Source of the DNA: Occultella glacieicola
GTDB taxonomy: Bacteria > Actinomycetota > Actinomycetes > Actinomycetales > Beutenbergiaceae
DNA length: 64,000 bases
Assembly (NCBI RefSeq): GCF_004353825.1
Contig: NZ_SMNA01000006.1
Span: 248,001 to 312,000 of the forward strand
Reading direction: 5' to 3'
A program made the position numbers and the translations under genes. Of the stretch, positions 9,363 through 18,908 are shown one piece after another; the stretch's first letter is position 1; the number at the start of each line of letters is the position of its first letter. Under the pieces are notes generated by a model that saw only the letters and a list, made by a program, of their open reading frames with translations, ran no database searches and had not been told where the DNA came from.

Positions 9363-10217
9363 TCACCCCTTGAGTGCGCCGGACATGAAGCCCCGCACAT
9401 AGTGCCGTTGGAGGATGAGGAAGAGCAGCACGCACGGTACGGCCAGCACCACCACCCCGGCCTGGGTGGCGCCGTAGTCGACGATGCCCATGACCTGTTG
9501 GCGCATGTTCGCGATCGCGAGCGGCAGCGGCACCTTGTCCGAGCTGCTGATCAGGATGAGCGGGGCGATGAAGTCGTTCCAGGCCGCCAGGAACGCGAAC
9601 AGGCCGACCGTGATCAGCCCCGGCTTGACCGCGGGCACGAGCACCCGGGTCAGGGCCCCGAACGTCCCGCAGCCGTCCACCAGGGCGGCCTCCTCCAGTT
9701 CGGCGGGCACGGACTCGAACGAGATCCGCATCATGAACGTCGCGAACGGCAGTTGGAACAGCGTGAGCACCAGGGCGAGACCGACCAGGGAGTTCTGCAG
9801 GCCGATGCCGTTCAGCAGCACGTACAGCGGGATCAGCAGGGTCGCGTACGGCACCATCAGGATCGCCAGGGTCAGCATGAACAGCACGTTCCGTCCCGGG
9901 AACCGGAACCGCGCGAAGGCGTAGCCGCCCAACAGGGACACGCCCAGGGTGAACAGCACCGTCAGCCCCGACGTGATGCTCGAGTTGAGGACGTACCGCC
10001 AGACCCCGGCCTGGTAGTTCGCCAGCGTGACGTAGTTGCCGAAGCCCCAGCCCTGGGTCTGGGCGGTGCCGCCCTGCGGGGACACCGAGGCGACGGCGGC
10101 CCACACCAGGGGCGCGAGGAACAGCACCGCGAGCCCTCCGGTGAGCACGTAGGAGGGGGTCCGCGCGAGCGGGTGCGCGCCCCGCCGGCGGTCGGTCGTG
10201 GTCGTGGTCGTGGACAC
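9363..10217 (-). CDS. Carbohydrate ABC transporter permease (MalG-like)
   Basis: EAA loop ELEEAALVDG; six-TM pattern. Confidence 0.93.
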   Translation of the reverse strand: MSTTTTTTDRRRGAHPLARTPSYVLTGGLAVLFLAPLVWAAVASVSPQGGTAQTQGWGFGNYVTLANYQAGVWRYVLNSSITSGLTVLFTLGVSLLGGYAFARFRFPGRNVLFMLTLAILMVPYATLLIPLYVLLNGIGLQNSLVGLALVLTLFQLPFATFMMRISFESVPAELEEAALVDGCGTFGALTRVLVPAVKPGLITVGLFAFLAAWNDFIAPLILISSSDKVPLPLAIANMRQQVMGIVDYGATQAGVVVLAVPCVLLFLILQRHYVRGFMSGALKG

Positions 10218-10219
10218 GG

Positions 10220-11155
10220 TCAGTCCTCCCTCCCGCGCAGCACCCGGAACTGGACCGCGTTCAGCGCGAGCAGGACGAGCAGCACGAGCACCGACAGGGC
10301 CGCGGCCCGGCCGAGGTCGTTCTGCCCGGCGAACGCCATGTTGTAGATCAGCTGCACCACCGTGAGCGTGCTGTTGTCCGGACCGCCCTTGGTGAGGATG
10401 TAGAACTGGTCGAACGCGAGCAGCGAGCCGGTCACGCACAGGATCGTGCACAGGGCCAGCGAGGGCCGCAGCAGCGGCAGCGTGATCCGAGCGAAGATCT
10501 GGCGCCGGTTCGCGCCGTCGATCCGGGCCGCCTCGTACACCTCGTGGCCGATGCCCTGCAGGCCCACCATCAGCAGGAGCATGTAGAACCCGGCGAACCG
10601 CCACACGATCAGGAACACCGTGGACCACAGCGCGGACGTCGGCGTGCCGAGGAAGGAGACCGGCTCCTCGATCACGCCCAGGGCCAGCAGCATCGGGTTC
10701 AGCGGGCCGCTCTGCTGGGAGTAGAGGGCGTAGAACAGCAACGACGCGGACGCGAGCCCGAGCGCGCTCGGCACCAGGATCGAGGTGCGCAGCACGTTCT
10801 TCCACCGCGAGGACTCCTGCACGATCAGGGCCAGGCCGAGGGCGACCGCGAGCAGGATCACGGTCGTGAGGACCGTGTACTTCACCGTGAACGCCACGGC
10901 CGGCCAGAGCAGCCGGTCGTCGAGGACCCGGGTGAAGTTCTCGGGCGCGTTCAGGCCCCGGTTGCCTGCGAACAGACCCCAGTCGGAGACCGACATGCGC
11001 AGCACCAACAGCACCGGCAGCACGAAGAACACGGTGACCATCACCGCCGTCGGGGCGGCGTACAGCCAGCCCTGCCGGGCGCGGGCGACCCGCCGCCGAC
11101 GGCGTGGGGCCGGGGCGGGCCGTCGGGTCGCCGGGGCGAGGTCGGGTGTGCCCAC
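10220..11155 (-). CDS. Carbohydrate ABC transporter permease (MalF-like)
   Basis: VYEAARIDGA and FDQFYILTKGGP; AGGAGG before GTG 11155. Confidence 0.92.
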   Translation of the reverse strand: MGTPDLAPATRRPAPAPRRRRRVARARQGWLYAAPTAVMVTVFFVLPVLLVLRMSVSDWGLFAGNRGLNAPENFTRVLDDRLLWPAVAFTVKYTVLTTVILLAVALGLALIVQESSRWKNVLRTSILVPSALGLASASLLFYALYSQQSGPLNPMLLALGVIEEPVSFLGTPTSALWSTVFLIVWRFAGFYMLLLMVGLQGIGHEVYEAARIDGANRRQIFARITLPLLRPSLALCTILCVTGSLLAFDQFYILTKGGPDNSTLTVVQLIYNMAFAGQNDLGRAAALSVLVLLVLLALNAVQFRVLRGRED

Positions 11156-11226
11156 GTCACCTCCTCTGCTGGGCGGGTACGCCCGGGACATGGCCGGCCC
11201 TGCCGACAAGCCCCGGGCGGACGGGT

Positions 11227-12540
11227 CTACTGGGCCAGGGCCTCCGTGATGAGTGCGTTGTCCTCCTCGACGGTTCCGGCCCCCTCGAAGATCTGGTTCC
11301 GGAAGAGCGACACCCATGGGCTGCCGGCGGCGTTGAACGCCTGCTGGAAGTTCACCGCGACCGGGGTGCGGCTCGACTCGGCACCGGCCACCTCGTTGAT
11401 GATCTCCAGCCGCGGGTCGTCGGCGGTGTACGCGTTCGCGGCGAGGTCGGTGCGCGACGGAGTGGTCCCGTTCGCCGCGAGGACCTCCACCTGCGCGTCC
11501 TCGCTCATCAGCCAGGAGAGGAAGTGCCAGGCGGCCTCGGCGTGCTCGGAGTCCTTCGAGATACCGATGCCGTCGCCACCGATGAAGGTGGCGGTGCCGC
11601 CGTCGACCCCCGGGATCGGGACGACGCCGACGTCGACCGTCTCGTCCGCCGTCGCCAGCAGCGTCGCCGGATAGGGCATCACGCCGATCGTGCCCTCCTG
11701 GAACGGACCCACCCAGGTGGCGCCGGTCTCGTCCCGCGATGCGGGCGCCACCGCGCCGGCCTCCCAGAGATCGCCCCACATGCCGTAGACCTCCTGCGCG
11801 GTATCGCTCGCGAGCAGTGCCTCGGTGCCCTCGGCGTCCATGACCTCCTCGCCGGAGGCCCAGATCATCGGGAACCAGGTGAACACCCCGCAACCGCCGC
11901 AGTTGCCGCCGAAGTACGTCCCGTACACCCCGGGCTGGTTCAGCGCCTGGATCGCGAGGGCGTGCTCGGTGAACTCCGCGAGCGTGGTCGGGCCCTGCTC
12001 CGGGTCGAGGCCGGCCTGCCGGTACAGGTCCTTGTTGTAGAAGATCACCGACAGGTCCAGCACGAACGGGAGCACGTACTGGGCGTCCTCATACGTGCCA
12101 GCGTCGAGGTGTCCGGCGTTGATGGTGTCGGCGTACTCGAGAGAGGCGATCGAGTCCGTGAGGTCCATGAACAGGCCGGCCTCGGTCCAGTTCGGCACGT
12201 ACACGATGTCCGCGGCGAACAGGTCCGGCAGGTCGCCGCTGCCCGCGGCCGCGCCGACCCGGGCGACGTAGTCGTCGTTGGGGGTGATGGTGAGCTCGAC
12301 CGTATTCTCGAACTGGGCGTTGTAGGCGTCCACGAGCAGGTTCGCCTGGAACTCCAGCGGTGCCCGGGTCCACAGGGTCAGGGTGGTGCCGTCATCCGCC
12401 CCCTCGAGAGCCGCACCGGTGCCGTTGCCGGCGCCGGAGTCCTCGCCGCCGTCTCCACAGGCCGCCAGGCCGGCGAGGAGCAGGCTCCCCGCGGCGAGGC
12501 CGGCGAGGGTTCGCGACCCTCTGCTGCGCGCAGTTCTCAT
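11227..12540 (-). CDS. Carbohydrate ABC transporter substrate-binding lipoprotein
   Basis: Lipobox LAAC; DLPDLF and FYNKDLYRQAGLDP; GAGGAG before ATG. Confidence 0.93.
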   Translation of the reverse strand: MRTARSRGSRTLAGLAAGSLLLAGLAACGDGGEDSGAGNGTGAALEGADDGTTLTLWTRAPLEFQANLLVDAYNAQFENTVELTITPNDDYVARVGAAAGSGDLPDLFAADIVYVPNWTEAGLFMDLTDSIASLEYADTINAGHLDAGTYEDAQYVLPFVLDLSVIFYNKDLYRQAGLDPEQGPTTLAEFTEHALAIQALNQPGVYGTYFGGNCGGCGVFTWFPMIWASGEEVMDAEGTEALLASDTAQEVYGMWGDLWEAGAVAPASRDETGATWVGPFQEGTIGVMPYPATLLATADETVDVGVVPIPGVDGGTATFIGGDGIGISKDSEHAEAAWHFLSWLMSEDAQVEVLAANGTTPSRTDLAANAYTADDPRLEIINEVAGAESSRTPVAVNFQQAFNAAGSPWVSLFRNQIFEGAGTVEEDNALITEALAQ

Positions 12541-12752
12541 GGTGGTTCTCCTCGACCTCGTCATTGAGCGCCGCGGTGGCGACAACCGCGGGGACCGGGC
12601 GGCGACCGGAGCCCGCGCATTCGATGAAATCTGGCTTTCTGTCGTACCCACGAGCCGACCTGTCGACTCGGACCACATGCGACCCAGCGGCCAGTTCCCA
12701 CACCGTTTTACGCGATCCCGACCACCGTCGTCGAGGTTCCCGAAATCTGACC

Positions 12753-12764
12753 GAAAAGGTTTTC
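12753..12764. promoter_or_regulatory. Candidate LacI-family operator
   Basis: GAAAA-GG-TTTTC inverted repeat between the divergent SBP and LacI genes. Confidence 0.55.
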
Positions 12765-12858
12765 TGACCGTAGGCCCGTCGAGCCTGCACGTCAAGGGTC
12801 GCAGCGGTTACAGTTCGATGACACGGGCGACCCGGCCCGACCTGGCGGAAGGGACACC

Positions 12859-13893
12859 GTGGCGGCTCACCCTCCCCCGGCCCGCGGGCACCGGGCGGTG
12901 ACGCTCTCGGACGTCGCACGCCTCGCCGGGGTGTCCGTCGCGACCGCGTCGAAGGCGCTGAACGGACGCCGGCAGGTCAAGGCGGAGACGCGGGCGCGGG
13001 TGGTCGATGCCGCGGAGCGGCTGTCGTTCTCCCCGAACGCGCTCGCCCGTGGGCTGCTGGCCGGGCGCACCGGCACGGTCGGGCTGCTCACGTCGGACCT
13101 GGAGGGCCGCTTCTCGATCCCGATCCTGATGGGGGCCGAGGACGCGTTCGGCTCGGGGCGGACCTCGGTGTTCCTGTGTGATGCGCGTGGTGACGCGATC
13201 CGTGAGCAGCACCACGTGCGGGCGCTGCTGTCCCGACGGGTGGATGGCCTGATCGTGGTCGGCGCACGGCCGGACCCGCGGGCCTCGCTCGGGCCCGACC
13301 TGCCGGTGCCGGTGGTCTACGCGTACGCGCCGTCGGAGTCGGCGGACGACCTCTCCCTGGTCAGCGACAACGTCGGTGGTGGTCGGATGGCCGTGGAGCA
13401 TCTGATCGGCTGCGGTCGTCGGCGGATCGCCCACATCGGCGGTGACCCGACCTACGGCGCGGCCCGTGACCGCACGGTCGGGGTCCTGGAAGCCCTCGCC
13501 GTGGCCGGCCTGGAACTCGCCGGCGGTCAGCCGTTCTACGGCACCTGGTCCGAGGCCTGGGGCCGGGGCGCGACGCGCATGCTCCTCGACCGGACGCCGG
13601 ACGTCGACGCGATCTTCGCCGGGTCGGACCAGGTCGCCCGCGGTGTGCTCGACGCGCTGCACGAACTGGGCCGGGACGTACCGCGCGACGTCGCCGTGGT
13701 CGGTTTCGACAACTGGGAGGCGATGGCGGCCAACGCCCGCCCACCCCTGACCAGCATCGACATCAACCTCGAGCACCTCGGCCGGGTCGCCGCCCAACGC
13801 CTGTCCGCGGCGATCGACGGCGAACCCACGTCAGGCATCGAGGCGTTGCCGTGCCGGCTCGTCACCCGCGGGTCCACGGCACCGCTGACCTGA
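12859..13893 (+). CDS. LacI-family transcriptional regulator
   Basis: VTLSDVARLAGVSVATASKALNG HTH; VGFDN...PPLTSID. Confidence 0.95.
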   Translation: MAAHPPPARGHRAVTLSDVARLAGVSVATASKALNGRRQVKAETRARVVDAAERLSFSPNALARGLLAGRTGTVGLLTSDLEGRFSIPILMGAEDAFGSGRTSVFLCDARGDAIREQHHVRALLSRRVDGLIVVGARPDPRASLGPDLPVPVVYAYAPSESADDLSLVSDNVGGGRMAVEHLIGCGRRRIAHIGGDPTYGAARDRTVGVLEALAVAGLELAGGQPFYGTWSEAWGRGATRMLLDRTPDVDAIFAGSDQVARGVLDALHELGRDVPRDVAVVGFDNWEAMAANARPPLTSIDINLEHLGRVAAQRLSAAIDGEPTSGIEALPCRLVTRGSTAPLT

Positions 13894-13930
13894 CCGGGTT
13901 CGACCGCGCCGGAGTGAGACCGGGAGCGTG

Positions 13931-14419
13931 TCAGGGCCGCTCGGCCATCGGGTCCGGTTCGAGCACCCGCCGCATGTCGAAGTTCGTGAGTCGCACGCCC
14001 CCGCGCACCGGGAACCGTTGCGCCTCGACGACGAAGCCGTGCCGCGCGAAGAACGGTTTCGCCGTCAGGCTCGCGTGCACGGTCAGCTGCGTCAGTCCGC
14101 GCCCGACGGCGGCGCTCACCACGTGCTCAAGGAGTGTGGTCGCGATGCCTCGCCGCGCGTAGGCGGGGTCGACGAACATCATGTCGATGTAGCCGTCCTC
14201 GCCGAGGTCGGTGAAGCCGGCGACCGCGCCGTCCACGACGGCGACGACCGTCCCGGCTCCCGCGCGACGAACGGCCCAGCGGTCGGTGTCCACCTCCTCC
14301 GGCGCCCAGACGGCGATCTGCTCGGGCGTGTAGTCGCGGCTGGCCGTCTCGCGGATCGCCCGCTGGAACACACCAAGGGTGGCCGCGGCGTCATCGTCGG
14401 TGTAGGCACGCAGTTCCAC
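13931..14419 (-). CDS. GNAT-family N-acetyltransferase
   Basis: AIRETASRDYTPEQIAVW, MFVDPAYARRGIA, ASLTAKPFFARHGF; TAGTGT -10 box 7 nt before the GTG. Confidence 0.9.
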   Translation of the reverse strand: MELRAYTDDDAAATLGVFQRAIRETASRDYTPEQIAVWAPEEVDTDRWAVRRAGAGTVVAVVDGAVAGFTDLGEDGYIDMMFVDPAYARRGIATTLLEHVVSAAVGRGLTQLTVHASLTAKPFFARHGFVVEAQRFPVRGGVRLTNFDMRRVLEPDPMAERP

Positions 14420-14547
14420 GCCCGCCACACTACCGGCGCCGTCCGCCCCGTTGTGGTGCGATTCCGTCGTGCCGGGCGCGTCGGAATCACCCCCTTCACG
14501 CTGAGGTGCGCAGCGGGTTGCAGGACCTGGACGCTGCGAGCCCTTCG

Positions 14548-15936
14548 CTAGTTCGCCTGCCGCAGTTCGTCGGGCAACAGCTCCGCGTGCGCCTCGAGCA
14601 GTTCCTCCGTCATGTCCCGGATCTGGGTCAGGGTGCACTGCGCGCTGGTCAGCGGGTCGAGCGCGACGGCGTGGTGCACGTGCTCGACGTCACCTGTCAG
14701 CGCGGCCCGGACCGCGAGGGTCTGGGTGTTGATGTTGGTGCGGTTCAGGGCGGCGAGCTGCGGCGGAAGCTCGCCCTGCGCGGTCGGTTGCACGCCACTG
14801 GCGTCGACCAGGCAGGGCACCTCCACGCAGGCGTCCGCGGGCAGGTTCGCGATCAGCGCGCCGGCGTTGGGCACGTTGCCGTGGACCACGGTGGGGACGC
14901 CCGTCACGATCGCGTTCACGATGGAGGCGCCGTACTCGACCGAGGGGGCCAGTTCCGCCTTCAGCGCGGTCAGCTGGTCGTCGATGTCGCCCGGTTCGTC
15001 GTGGGCGGCGCAGATCTCGTAGTAGTCCCAGCGCTGCGGGATGTACTCCAGCACCAGGTCCGGGTTCTTGCGGAAGTAGGGCAGGTACTCCGAGGCGTGA
15101 TGGCTGGACTCGGTCTGGAAGTAGCCGAAGGAGTCCATGATCGTGGTGCGGACCTGCTCGTTGCCGCCCTCGTACGTGCTCGCCTGCTCGGCGGCGCCGG
15201 AGTGATCACCGTCGTCGACGGCCAGGCCCTCCGCGGCGCGGCCGGGCAGGTGCTTGGCCAGCATCGTCTCGCGCAGCCGCGGATACAGGTCCTCGGTTCC
15301 GCGCCGGTACTCCAGGATCCAGGCCTGGTGGTTGATGCCGGCGCACCGGTAGGAGACCTCCTCGTACGGGACCCCGAGGGTGCGGGCGAGCATCCGGGTG
15401 GTGCCCTGCACGCTGTGGCAGAGCCCGACGGTCCGCAGGCCCTGTGCGTTCAGGTACGCCGTTGCCATCGCCATCGGGTTGGCGTAGTTGATGAACTGGG
15501 CGTCCGGGCAGAGCTCGCGGGCGTCCGCGGCGATCGCCGCGTACGCGGGCACCGACCGCAGGAACCTGAACACCCCGCCGGGCCCGACCGTGTCCCCCAC
15601 GGTCTGGTCCACCCCGTACCTGCGCGGGATCTCGACGTCACGGGCGTAGGCCTCCACCCCGCCGACCTGGAACGTGATGATCACGAAGTCGGCACCGTCC
15701 AGGGCCTCCCGGCGGTCCGTCGTGTCCGTCACGTCCACGTCGAAGCCGTGGTGGGCGACGAGTTCGCGGGCGGCGCCGGCCACCCGCTGGAGCCGGCCGG
15801 CGTCGATGTCCATCAGACACAGCCGGGCGCCGCGAAGGGCCGGGAAGCTGATCAGGTCACCGATGAGCCGGAACGGGAACACGAAGCCCCCGGCGCCGAT
15901 GATGGTGATCTTGGGATTCGCCGTCGAGGTCGTCAT
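14548..15936 (-). CDS. melA: GH4 NAD-dependent alpha-galactosidase
   Basis: KITIIGAGG, QTVGDTVGPGG, INYANPM, GLCHSVQ, TESSHHASEY. Confidence 0.9.
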   Translation of the reverse strand: MTTSTANPKITIIGAGGFVFPFRLIGDLISFPALRGARLCLMDIDAGRLQRVAGAARELVAHHGFDVDVTDTTDRREALDGADFVIITFQVGGVEAYARDVEIPRRYGVDQTVGDTVGPGGVFRFLRSVPAYAAIAADARELCPDAQFINYANPMAMATAYLNAQGLRTVGLCHSVQGTTRMLARTLGVPYEEVSYRCAGINHQAWILEYRRGTEDLYPRLRETMLAKHLPGRAAEGLAVDDGDHSGAAEQASTYEGGNEQVRTTIMDSFGYFQTESSHHASEYLPYFRKNPDLVLEYIPQRWDYYEICAAHDEPGDIDDQLTALKAELAPSVEYGASIVNAIVTGVPTVVHGNVPNAGALIANLPADACVEVPCLVDASGVQPTAQGELPPQLAALNRTNINTQTLAVRAALTGDVEHVHHAVALDPLTSAQCTLTQIRDMTEELLEAHAELLPDELRQAN

Positions 15937-16021
15937 GGACATCCACCGTAGGACCGAGCCATCCGGCAACGCTTCCGCCTGAGGCGCCTATCCTTCCGGG
16001 ATCCTTGGCTACGCTTCCCGG

Positions 16022-16855
16022 GTGGAGGATGCCGTGGTCGAGACGATGCCATCCGGGATCTGGACGCATCACGGCCCCGCCCCGGTGATGGACCGCGCGC
16101 ACCGCCATGACGACGTCGAACTGAACCTCGTCCTGCGGGGTCATCTCGACTACCTCTTCGGCGGCGCCCCGGTCCGGGTGCGCGCGGGGGAGATCGCGTT
16201 GTTCTGGGCCGCGACCCCGCACCACCTGATCCCCTCACCGACCCGCTCGCTCGGCGCCTGGGTGCACCTGCCGCTCGGGACGGCGCTCGCCTGGACCCTG
16301 CCCGCGCCGGATCTCGCGACCCTCCTGAGCCCTCGGCCGGTGATCGTGGACGCCGCCGTGGTCTGCCCCGACCCCGCCGCGGTGTTCACCTCCTGGCAGG
16401 CGGAACTCCTGGAGGAGGACCCCACGATCGCCCTCCTCGAGGTGCAGGCCCTGGTGCGCCGCCTGCTGCGCGCGGGGCGCGACGGCCCCGAGCACCCCGA
16501 CGGCGGCCCGCATCCCGGGCAGGCTCACTCCGCCGTCGAGATGGCGCGGTTCATCGGCGCGCACTTCCGCGAGCCGATCACCCCCGCCGACGTGGCCGGC
16601 GCCGTGCACCTGAACCCGACCTATGCGATGACCCTGTTCCGCAGGTCGGTGGGGACCACGATCGGGACGTACCTGAGCCGGTGCCGGGTCGCCGAGGCGC
16701 AACGGCTGCTGATCGGCACCTCGATGACGACGGCGGAGGTCGCCCACGCGTCCGGGTTCAGTTCGCAGAGCGCGTTCTACGAGCAGTTCAGCCGGATCTG
16801 CGGGCTGCCTCCGGGCCGATATCGGCAGGTGAGGCGATCCGGTTCGCCCGCGTAG
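16022..16855 (+). CDS. AraC-family regulator (MelR-like), divergent from melA
   Basis: Cupin motif AHRHDDVELN and FWAATPH; C-terminal double HTH. Confidence 0.92.
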   Translation: MEDAVVETMPSGIWTHHGPAPVMDRAHRHDDVELNLVLRGHLDYLFGGAPVRVRAGEIALFWAATPHHLIPSPTRSLGAWVHLPLGTALAWTLPAPDLATLLSPRPVIVDAAVVCPDPAAVFTSWQAELLEEDPTIALLEVQALVRRLLRAGRDGPEHPDGGPHPGQAHSAVEMARFIGAHFREPITPADVAGAVHLNPTYAMTLFRRSVGTTIGTYLSRCRVAEAQRLLIGTSMTTAEVAHASGFSSQSAFYEQFSRICGLPPGRYRQVRRSGSPA

Positions 16856-16979
16856 CGGGCGCGCCGGCGCGGAGCCGGGGGCCGGCGGTCACGTCACCCG
16901 AGGTCGGCGGGTCCCCGGGTAAGGCTCGCGATGCCGGCGAGTGGGCGCGGGAGGCAGAGGTCGGCCGCTGCTCACGCGT

Positions 16980-17009
16980 GCCGCACGGCCGCATCCCGGG
17001 TCGTGCGGC
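16980..17009. terminator. Hairpin between convergent araC and ppk2
   Basis: GCCGCACGGCC-N8-GGTCGTGCGGC, 11-bp stem with one G-U pair. Confidence 0.45.
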
Positions 17010-17049
17010 GATCCGAGTGCATACGCGCACACGGCTGCCCGGCCGCCGG

Positions 17050-17850
17050 TCAGAACGGCGCCGGGATCAGGTACGGCGTCAGGTCCGGCTCGACGTATCC
17101 GTCGGCGGTCGGGCGCTGCGGCAGGGTGGTCGAGCGGGCCGGCAGCGGTGTGTACGGAACCTGGCCGAGCAGGTGCGTGATCAGGTTCAGTCGTCCGCGC
17201 TTCTTGTCGTCGGTACGAACGACGTGCCAAGGTGCCCACGCGCTGCTGGTCATCGCGAGCATGTCGTCGCGGGCGGCGCCGAACTCGTACCACTTCGTGT
17301 ACGACCTGAGGTCCATGTCGGACAGCTTCCAGACCTTGCGGGGATCGTCGATCCTCGACTGGAGGCGCTTGGTCTGCTCCTGCTCGCCCACCTCGAGCCA
17401 GTACTTGACCAGGACGATCCCGGACTCGACCATGGCGCGCTCGACGTCGGGCGTCATCGCGAGGAAGCGTTGCGCCTGTTCCTCGGTGCAGAAACCCATG
17501 ACCCGCTCGACCCCGGCCCGGTTGTACCAGCTGCGGTCGAAGATCACGACCTCTCCGGCCGCGGGCAGGTGCGAGATGTAGCGCTGGATGTACATCTGCG
17601 ACCGCTCGCGCTCGGTCGGTGCCGGCAGCGCCACCACCCGGAACACGCGCGGGCTCACCTTGGCGGTGATCGCCTTGATCGTGCCGCCCTTGCCGGCCGA
17701 GTCACGGCCCTCGAAGACCACGCAGATCTTCGCTCCCGAGGCCTTGACCCACTGCTGCAACGCGACCAGTTCGGCGTGCAGGCGGGCGAGTTCCTTCTCG
17801 TAGACCGGCCGGGACATCCGCCCCGGCCCGGCGTGCTGGTTCTTCTCCAC
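17050..17850 (-). CDS. ppk2: Polyphosphate kinase 2
   Basis: FEGRDSAGKGGTIK, FDRSWYNRAGVERVMGF, WKLSDMD. Confidence 0.96.
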   Translation of the reverse strand: MEKNQHAGPGRMSRPVYEKELARLHAELVALQQWVKASGAKICVVFEGRDSAGKGGTIKAITAKVSPRVFRVVALPAPTERERSQMYIQRYISHLPAAGEVVIFDRSWYNRAGVERVMGFCTEEQAQRFLAMTPDVERAMVESGIVLVKYWLEVGEQEQTKRLQSRIDDPRKVWKLSDMDLRSYTKWYEFGAARDDMLAMTSSAWAPWHVVRTDDKKRGRLNLITHLLGQVPYTPLPARSTTLPQRPTADGYVEPDLTPYLIPAPF

Positions 17851-17929
17851 GCCCCCACGGTGACCGGGTCCGGGGTGGCGCGACATCACCCGGACCCGGG
17901 TGGGACCCCGACGGGGAGGTCCCGCACGC

Positions 17930-18754
17930 TCAGCGAGGCTCGACCGTCGCGGTCGCGGTCTCCGAGCCGGCCGCCAGCTCCGCCGCGTAGAAGTCGAGCG
18001 CGGTGCGCGTCTTGGTCTGCTGTTCGGCGAGCAGGTCGACCCCGTGGGCCGCGAGGAACACCTTCACCTCGGCCGCGACCTCGAACGCCTCGTGGGGCAA
18101 GCACTTGGTCGAGAGTTCCAGGAGCCGGGTCCCGTCCGGGTAGAGCCAGAGCTCCGCGACGAGCCGTCGGCCGAGGCCCTCCGGGGTGAACTTGAGCTTC
18201 AGGACGTTGATGGGTCCGAGCCGCGTCAGCGCGTCCGGCGCGAGCCCGTCGGGGGCGTGGTCGGCGAAGAAGGCTCGCTGCTCCTTCGAGAGCAGTTTGC
18301 GGACCGACCCGGTGCCGGCGAACACGGCCTTCACGGCGCCGTCGTCACGCTTGGCCTTCACGCTCGCGGAGCAGACGAAACCTCCCGGCATCGCATCGAC
18401 CTCGACGCCGACGGAGGTCGACTCACGCCACACCGGGGGCAGTTCCTGCGGAACGACCGGCCGCAACTTGACCACGGTGTCCCCGTCGCGGCCCTGCACC
18501 CGGCGGGCCCGCACCACGACCCCGCTGCGATTCAGCGCGAGATCCGGCGTGTCGAAGAACATGACCTGGCGGATCTGGCTGTCCAGCGGGTCCATGCGCA
18601 ACGCCGCCACGGTCGAACGTCGGTTGTCGTCGGGAACGCTCAACTTGAGTTCGACCGTGTCCGCCCCCTTCATGAGTGGGAGCAGTTCGCCCAACTGCTC
18701 CGGCGACAGCGGCTTCGCCCGTCGGCTCTCCTTCGCCTGCATCGTGTCCGACAC
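17930..18754 (-). CDS. CYTH-like (triphosphate tunnel / adenylate-cyclase-like) protein
   Basis: TVELKL, FFDTPDLAL...GVVVRARR, VVKLRP, ELW...LELSTK; GGAGG before the GTG. Confidence 0.7.
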   Translation of the reverse strand: MSDTMQAKESRRAKPLSPEQLGELLPLMKGADTVELKLSVPDDNRRSTVAALRMDPLDSQIRQVMFFDTPDLALNRSGVVVRARRVQGRDGDTVVKLRPVVPQELPPVWRESTSVGVEVDAMPGGFVCSASVKAKRDDGAVKAVFAGTGSVRKLLSKEQRAFFADHAPDGLAPDALTRLGPINVLKLKFTPEGLGRRLVAELWLYPDGTRLLELSTKCLPHEAFEVAAEVKVFLAAHGVDLLAEQQTKTRTALDFYAAELAAGSETATATVEPR

Positions 18755-18908
18755 GGCGGAACCTCCTCGTCCTCGTTTCCCCGAACCCTCCCTCTCGACA
18801 AGGTGGTCGGGCACCACCCTGGCCGGGGTGGGGCTGTCCCACCCGATCCGGCGCCACCCTGGGTCAGCGACGCGACCACGTGCCGCGGGATCCGGACGAG
18901 GAGTCCCC

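Noticed and set aside
18186..18908. N-terminal extension making the MFS 764 aa
   Set aside because: Overlaps the CYTH gene antisense; an RBS and ATG at 18909 give a normal MFS start.
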